This document shows, piece by piece, positions 59,746-64,000 of a stretch of DNA of 64,000 bases (position 1 is its first letter; every line of letters starts with the position of its first letter). The translations under genes were made by a program, and so were the position numbers. The notes under the pieces are model-generated. The model ran no database searches. It was not told where the DNA came from and saw nothing but the letters and a program-made list of their open reading frames with translations. The DNA is from a virus: positions 34,613 through 98,612 of the IMG/VR virus record IMGVR_UViG_3300032092_000013; one strand, given 5' to 3'.

Positions 59746-60804
59746 ATGATCGATCGCAGAATAGCAAAAATTAAATTAAGAAGAGGATCTGAAGCAGAAA
59801 GATCATTAGTGACCTTTGACGAAGGGGAGCTTGTTTATACGACAGATACGAAACGTGTTTATATCGGAGATGGCAATACTGTAGGTGGTATTATTGTAAG
59901 TAATAAAATTACCATAGATGATGATTTTCCTGCTACATATAGACCAACTGATATATTTTTCAGGACATTAGATGATAGGGGTTATATTTACGACGGTACT
60001 ACATGGCAATTGCTCGGTGGTGACGTAGACAATATTACTATTGAATATAATGGGGGGTATAAATTAAAAGATGGCGGAATTCAGAGAGAGCATATAGGTT
60101 CAGAAGTTTATAGATTAGATGGTGGATTAAGTTCATTATCTACAGAAGGGATTTTTATTAATTTCGATCCAGCTGATTTCGAAGTAGTGGGCGGTGTTTT
60201 CAAATTATTGCCCAATACAAGTATTACTGTACATCCATCTGGTGCAATTTTAAATACAATTTCAGGATTATCAGCAAATGTAGATAATGACACGCTAAAG
60301 ATATCAGATAATAAAATTACATTGCAAAATGTATACAATAATCAGATAGTAGGTGGTATAACACCAAACAAAGTGACCACTACATTCGTAAATTCAGCAT
60401 CAGGGCTTTCGATTGATACAAATGGTGTTGCAATTAAGACAAATTCTAATCAATTAAATTTCGATGTTGATGGGAAACTACAATTAAACACTACGGGATT
60501 GTCATCGCAAAAGAGCAATAATGGTTATCAAGTCATGCAAAATGATTTTTGCATGCAATGGGGCAGAACAGCCGGATTATCAGCTAATAAATTTATCACT
60601 ATTGTATTTCCATTAACATCATGGGCTGTTTGTTACAATGTTCAAACTACCATAGGCTATAATAGTTTCATCAATAATAATTTTGTTCCTATTATAAAAA
60701 ATATAACACTCTCTTCTTTTGATGTTGGTTTGGATTACTCAACCAGTGCTCCATCTAATACCGAAACTGCTACCATATATTGGACTGCATTGGGATACAT
60801 TTAA
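59746..60804 (+). CDS. Fibre protein with an Mtd_N/hyaluronidase-N-like domain and a C-terminal QWG domain
   Basis: IKLRRG...EGELVYTTDTKRVYIGDG; DNxT repeats; MQWG...YWTALGY. Confidence 0.75.
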   Translation: MIDRRIAKIKLRRGSEAERSLVTFDEGELVYTTDTKRVYIGDGNTVGGIIVSNKITIDDDFPATYRPTDIFFRTLDDRGYIYDGTTWQLLGGDVDNITIEYNGGYKLKDGGIQREHIGSEVYRLDGGLSSLSTEGIFINFDPADFEVVGGVFKLLPNTSITVHPSGAILNTISGLSANVDNDTLKISDNKITLQNVYNNQIVGGITPNKVTTTFVNSASGLSIDTNGVAIKTNSNQLNFDVDGKLQLNTTGLSSQKSNNGYQVMQNDFCMQWGRTAGLSANKFITIVFPLTSWAVCYNVQTTIGYNSFINNNFVPIIKNITLSSFDVGLDYSTSAPSNTETATIYWTALGYI

Positions 60805-60822
60805 TAAAACCTAAATAATAAT

Positions 60823-61545
60823 ATGGGTGAAAAAGTAGATGCAATTATACAAGTAAAAAGAGGTACTGAGCCGCAACGTTTAGGTGTTCAATTTAGAGAA
60901 GGTGAATTGGCATATTCTACAGATGTAAAAAGATTATATATTGGAGACGGTACTACATTAGGGGGAATCGCTGCAAGTTCTAAATTATACTATGGCAACC
61001 CTTCGGGGTTAGGTACTACTATATTGGGATTAGTTCCTGGTGATTATTTCTTAGATACAACAGCTTCTATTTCCCCTAAATTATATGCATTAACAGGCAC
61101 AAATATAGGAAATTTATCATCTTATGCAATAGTGTGTGATAATGCCCCAGCATTTTCAGTTTTTAGTATTGTACAATCAAATAGTTCTTTTTGGGGTCAA
61201 CAAGGAGGTATATCTCTCTCTGGCGCATTTACAGCATTACAATCAGGATCAGCTAATTGGAATTCTACTTATAGTACTGTATATTCAAATTCTGCTACTT
61301 GGAATTTAGGCGGTACCGGATCATTAGGATCTATAATAGTAAATTCTATAGTAGCTACTAATTCAGCAAATTGGAATTCTTCTAGTACCACTGTTGCAAA
61401 TAATTCAGCTAAATGGGTACTGCACGATGGGATAAAAAATGATACTTTCTTTTTTCCCAATACAGTTGGCACAACAAATGAATATTTGAAAATAGATATT
61501 AATGGAACAATCAAATATATCAGACTCTGGGACGCCATGCCTTGA
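60823..61545 (+). CDS. Second Mtd_N-like fibre protein with NWNST repeats
   Basis: IQVKRG...EGELAYSTDVKRLYIGDG; SANWNSTYSTV repeats shared with ORF 20874. Confidence 0.75.
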   Translation: MGEKVDAIIQVKRGTEPQRLGVQFREGELAYSTDVKRLYIGDGTTLGGIAASSKLYYGNPSGLGTTILGLVPGDYFLDTTASISPKLYALTGTNIGNLSSYAIVCDNAPAFSVFSIVQSNSSFWGQQGGISLSGAFTALQSGSANWNSTYSTVYSNSATWNLGGTGSLGSIIVNSIVATNSANWNSSSTTVANNSAKWVLHDGIKNDTFFFPNTVGTTNEYLKIDINGTIKYIRLWDAMP

Positions 61546-61569
61546 TAAAAAGCAATAGTATTGTATATT
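61542..61569 (+). promoter_or_regulatory. sigma70-like promoter
   Basis: TTGATA-16 nt-TATATT, 5 nt before ATG 61575. Confidence 0.6.
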
Positions 61570-61574
61570 GAGTC

Positions 61575-62288
61575 ATGCATAATGACATTGTACTGGATCA
61601 TTCTACCCATACATATACTAATATTCATAATGATGAAAAGTATATGTCTGTTACGACATTAATTGGAAAATATAAAAAACCTTTCGATAAAGATTATTGG
61701 AGTAAAAAAATTGCAGACAGAGATGGCAAGGATCAAGATCAAGTTTTAAAAGAATGGGAGACCATTACAAAGACAGCACAAAATAGAGGTACTAATATTC
61801 ACTCTATTATGGAAAATTATCTCAAGGAGCAGTTTATTCCTCAAGGATATGAAGAATTGATTAAAAGTTTTGATAAAAAATGTGTAGGTGTTATTAAATC
61901 AAATTCCAATATCTTATGTGAACACACAGTATATTCGCATGACTATAGATTAGCTGGAACTGCTGATGTTATTGTTGAGAATAATGACTTATTTTATATT
62001 CTAGATTTCAAAACAAATAAGAAATTTAATTTCAATTCTAAGTATAATGATTATTTCTATGCTCCTTTGGATTACTTACAGCAATGTGAATTTACCACAT
62101 ATACAATCCAGCTTTCTATCTATGCATATTTGCATGAACAATTGACAGGCAAAAAATGTGCCGGATTAAAGATTTTTTATCTCAGAGAATTTGACAATAA
62201 GACATTTTGGCAAGATATCGCCGCCTTATATATGAAAAGTACAGTACTTGATTTATTACAAGATAAGGTTAAAAAAGATTTATTATGA
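61575..62288 (+). CDS. PD-(D/E)xK exonuclease (RecB/Cas4-like)
   Basis: SVTT, RGTNIH, LAGTADV, LDFKT, QLSIYA. Confidence 0.85.
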   Translation: MHNDIVLDHSTHTYTNIHNDEKYMSVTTLIGKYKKPFDKDYWSKKIADRDGKDQDQVLKEWETITKTAQNRGTNIHSIMENYLKEQFIPQGYEELIKSFDKKCVGVIKSNSNILCEHTVYSHDYRLAGTADVIVENNDLFYILDFKTNKKFNFNSKYNDYFYAPLDYLQQCEFTTYTIQLSIYAYLHEQLTGKKCAGLKIFYLREFDNKTFWQDIAALYMKSTVLDLLQDKVKKDLL

Positions 62289-62317
62289 AACCCAATAAAT
62301 TAGTAAAAAAATAAAAC

Positions 62318-62779
62318 ATGGCAGAGAATCCTAATAAAAAATATAGTAACGAAGAACTCAATGAATTTTGGAATTTTGTTGAGACTATTCAATTCAACCA
62401 AAGTAAAGACGCTAAGACAATTAAGAAAGATTTGCTTAAACGTTTAGTACCACATCAATCAGAATTATATAAAAATGTTTGTGATGATTACGCATACTTT
62501 TTGAATGCTAAATTAGCAGCTAAAAATACAAAGTATTTGTTTTATTGTTATGCTGCAATTGCTGTTGGTAGAGAATTTTATAATTTATGTTCTGAAAAGA
62601 CAGAAACTCTCGAATCATTAACAGATCAAGTGGATCTCATGAATCATTTGGGTAATTGTTTTCCAATTAGTGATGATTATTTCTTTCCCGATCAAGATTC
62701 ATTCATTGTCGAAGAATCAAAGGACTTTGAATATGAAGAATTTGAAGAGTATGATGATAACCCATACGAAGATGATTAA
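62318..62779 (+). CDS. Hypothetical protein with an acidic tail (weak DUF4240-like pattern)
   Basis: EFWNFVE...IAVGREFY. Confidence 0.5.
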   Translation: MAENPNKKYSNEELNEFWNFVETIQFNQSKDAKTIKKDLLKRLVPHQSELYKNVCDDYAYFLNAKLAAKNTKYLFYCYAAIAVGREFYNLCSEKTETLESLTDQVDLMNHLGNCFPISDDYFFPDQDSFIVEESKDFEYEEFEEYDDNPYEDD

Positions 62780-62787
62780 CTAATAAT

Positions 62788-63345
62788 ATGCAATTCATAA
62801 AGATTCGATGTGATAAAAAAGATAAAAAAACAATCGAAAATTGTAATATAAATCTTCAATACATCGAATCTTTATTGTCTTGTGTTTTGAATTCAATACG
62901 TCCTAAAAGAACTACAAACTATCATATTCTTCGTTTAAGAATCATAAAAGATGAATGTTCACAATATACCTTTAATAATGCTATATGCATCAGAAAAGAT
63001 ATATTTGAAATGTCAGAGCATCAAGTAATGAAGGTTTTTGTAGAAGATTTGTTGCATGAATTTTGTCATTATATACAATACGTAGTAGATGATGTACCAT
63101 TTAAAGAATTTGCATCTGATATTAAAAATGTAACAAAAAAATATTATTGGAATAATAAAACTGAAGTTCAAGCAAGAAATTTTGAAAAAATGATGCCGGC
63201 TATTATAGGATTGTATAATGGCATGAGAAAAAACATGAGATATTACAAATCATTAAAAAATGAAACGAAAAAAGAAGGAAAAGCCGCAAAGAGAAACAAA
63301 AGAAGAACGCATTCAAAAATTAAAAGACGAAATCAAAAAATTTAA
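62788..63345 (+). CDS. Putative zincin metallopeptidase-like protein
   Basis: LLHEFCHYIQ (HExxH) with a downstream EVQAR. Confidence 0.65.
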   Translation: MQFIKIRCDKKDKKTIENCNINLQYIESLLSCVLNSIRPKRTTNYHILRLRIIKDECSQYTFNNAICIRKDIFEMSEHQVMKVFVEDLLHEFCHYIQYVVDDVPFKEFASDIKNVTKKYYWNNKTEVQARNFEKMMPAIIGLYNGMRKNMRYYKSLKNETKKEGKAAKRNKRRTHSKIKRRNQKI

Positions 63346-63532
63346 TTTTGGATATACGATTCAAGAATTTGATCTCGTAAAAAATAAACAAATTTGCGAA
63401 GAAGTGACTACGGGTGCTTGTTGGAGACCCGATATATTCTTAGATAACGATAATTCATGCAATTTATGTCCTATCAAAGAACATTGTGTATGTAAATTAA
63501 AGAATATCGTTACCAAAAAATCTAAGAAATGA
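63260..63532 (+). CDS. Small basic Cys-rich protein
   Basis: Six cysteines (C...CWRPD...CNLC...CVC). Confidence 0.55.
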   Translation: MKRKKKEKPQRETKEERIQKLKDEIKKFNFGYTIQEFDLVKNKQICEEVTTGACWRPDIFLDNDNSCNLCPIKEHCVCKLKNIVTKKSKK

Positions 63533-63930
63533 ATTTTAATAAATACGTAGAAATTACTAAATCATTAATGCCTTCTGTTATTGATCACAGAACTTTTCAT
63601 ACTACATTTATTGTAAGAAAAGGAAAGATTCAAAAAATAGGTATTAATGCCAATAAAACCCATCCCGCCAATCTTCGCTTTAATTATAAAGGCAGGGATG
63701 GGTTAGATATTAGAAAGTTTGTAGGTACCCACTCAGAGTTATCTGCTATTTTAAAATATGGTAAGGATGATTGTTCTGATTGTACTTTTGTTAATGTACG
63801 AATTGATAAAAATGGCAAAGTAGCTATGGCAAAGCCATGTATGGGATGTCAGTCTATATTCAATCAAGTAGGGTTCAAAAAAGTCCTATTCTCTAATGAA
63901 AGAGGACTTTTTGAAGAATGGAATGATTAA
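63529..63930 (+). CDS. Zn-dependent cytidine/dCMP deaminase-fold protein
   Basis: HSE and KPCMGC motifs. Confidence 0.8.
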   Translation: MNFNKYVEITKSLMPSVIDHRTFHTTFIVRKGKIQKIGINANKTHPANLRFNYKGRDGLDIRKFVGTHSELSAILKYGKDDCSDCTFVNVRIDKNGKVAMAKPCMGCQSIFNQVGFKKVLFSNERGLFEEWND

Positions 63931-64000
63931 AAATATGTAGTCACTACAACTATGCCGGGTGCACCATCCGCACCGGCGCCGGCAGCATTCGCAGATCCAA
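63927..64000 (-). CDS. 3' end of a glycine-rich fibre-type protein (not in the ORF track; truncated by the window edge)
   Basis: The minus strand reads GSANAAGAGADGAPGIVVVTTYF-stop, a typical Gly-rich domain C-terminus; local GC rises. Confidence 0.7.
   Translation of the reverse strand, partial: GSANAAGAGADGAPGIVVVTTYF

Noticed and set aside
61575-62288. cas4 / CRISPR-Cas locus
   Set aside because: No Fe-S cysteine cluster pattern, other cas genes or array; this looks like an ordinary phage exonuclease.
1-64000. Stop-codon reassignment
   Set aside because: Core genes are intact in code 11, and TAA, TAG and TGA all terminate genes; only two local splits were seen.
63952-64000. Plus-strand ORF start MPGAPSAPAPAA
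   Set aside because: Better explained as the antisense of a minus-strand Gly-rich domain ending GIVVVTTYF.
1-64000. tRNA, rRNA or large ncRNA genes
   Set aside because: Intergenic gaps are nearly all under 60 bp, and the larger ones are occupied by terminators and promoters.

Overview
The window is a 64-kb, AT-rich, densely coding segment of a large T4-like (myovirus-type) bacteriophage genome that uses the standard genetic code. About 1-20 kb is a replication/recombination module: gp46, family-B polymerase gp43, UvsX, gp41 helicase, gp32, gp45 clamp and gp61 primase. Embedded in it is a candidate modification cluster made of a GT-B glycosyltransferase, a QueC-like enzyme that has lost three of its four Zn cysteines, a class-II glutamine amidotransferase and a GT-A glycosyltransferase. 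About 20-61.5 kb is morphogenesis (fibres, gp14, gp17, gp3, gp18, gp19, hub, tape measure, gp53, gp16, gp25, gp6, large baseplate/fibre proteins), with dUTPase and gp44 inserted. About 61.5-64 kb holds small accessory genes. The most notable observations are: (1) apparently genome-wide leaderless expression, with TAAATA or sigma70 -10 boxes 5-7 nt before start codons and no evident Shine-Dalgarno sites; (2) the Zn-less QueC + GATase + two-glycosyltransferase cluster, together with a recurrent [LIV]-[ST]-[AGS] tripeptide in virion proteins that could be a glycosylation sequon; (3) a set of late proteins with T4 capsid-targeting-like N-termini, including a ligase-fold enzyme; (4) a catalytically degenerate DHH protein next to the helicase; (5) two structural genes that appear split. 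I saw no tRNA, rRNA, CRISPR array, intron, intein or integrase. All calls come from reading motifs by eye; no database search was run.
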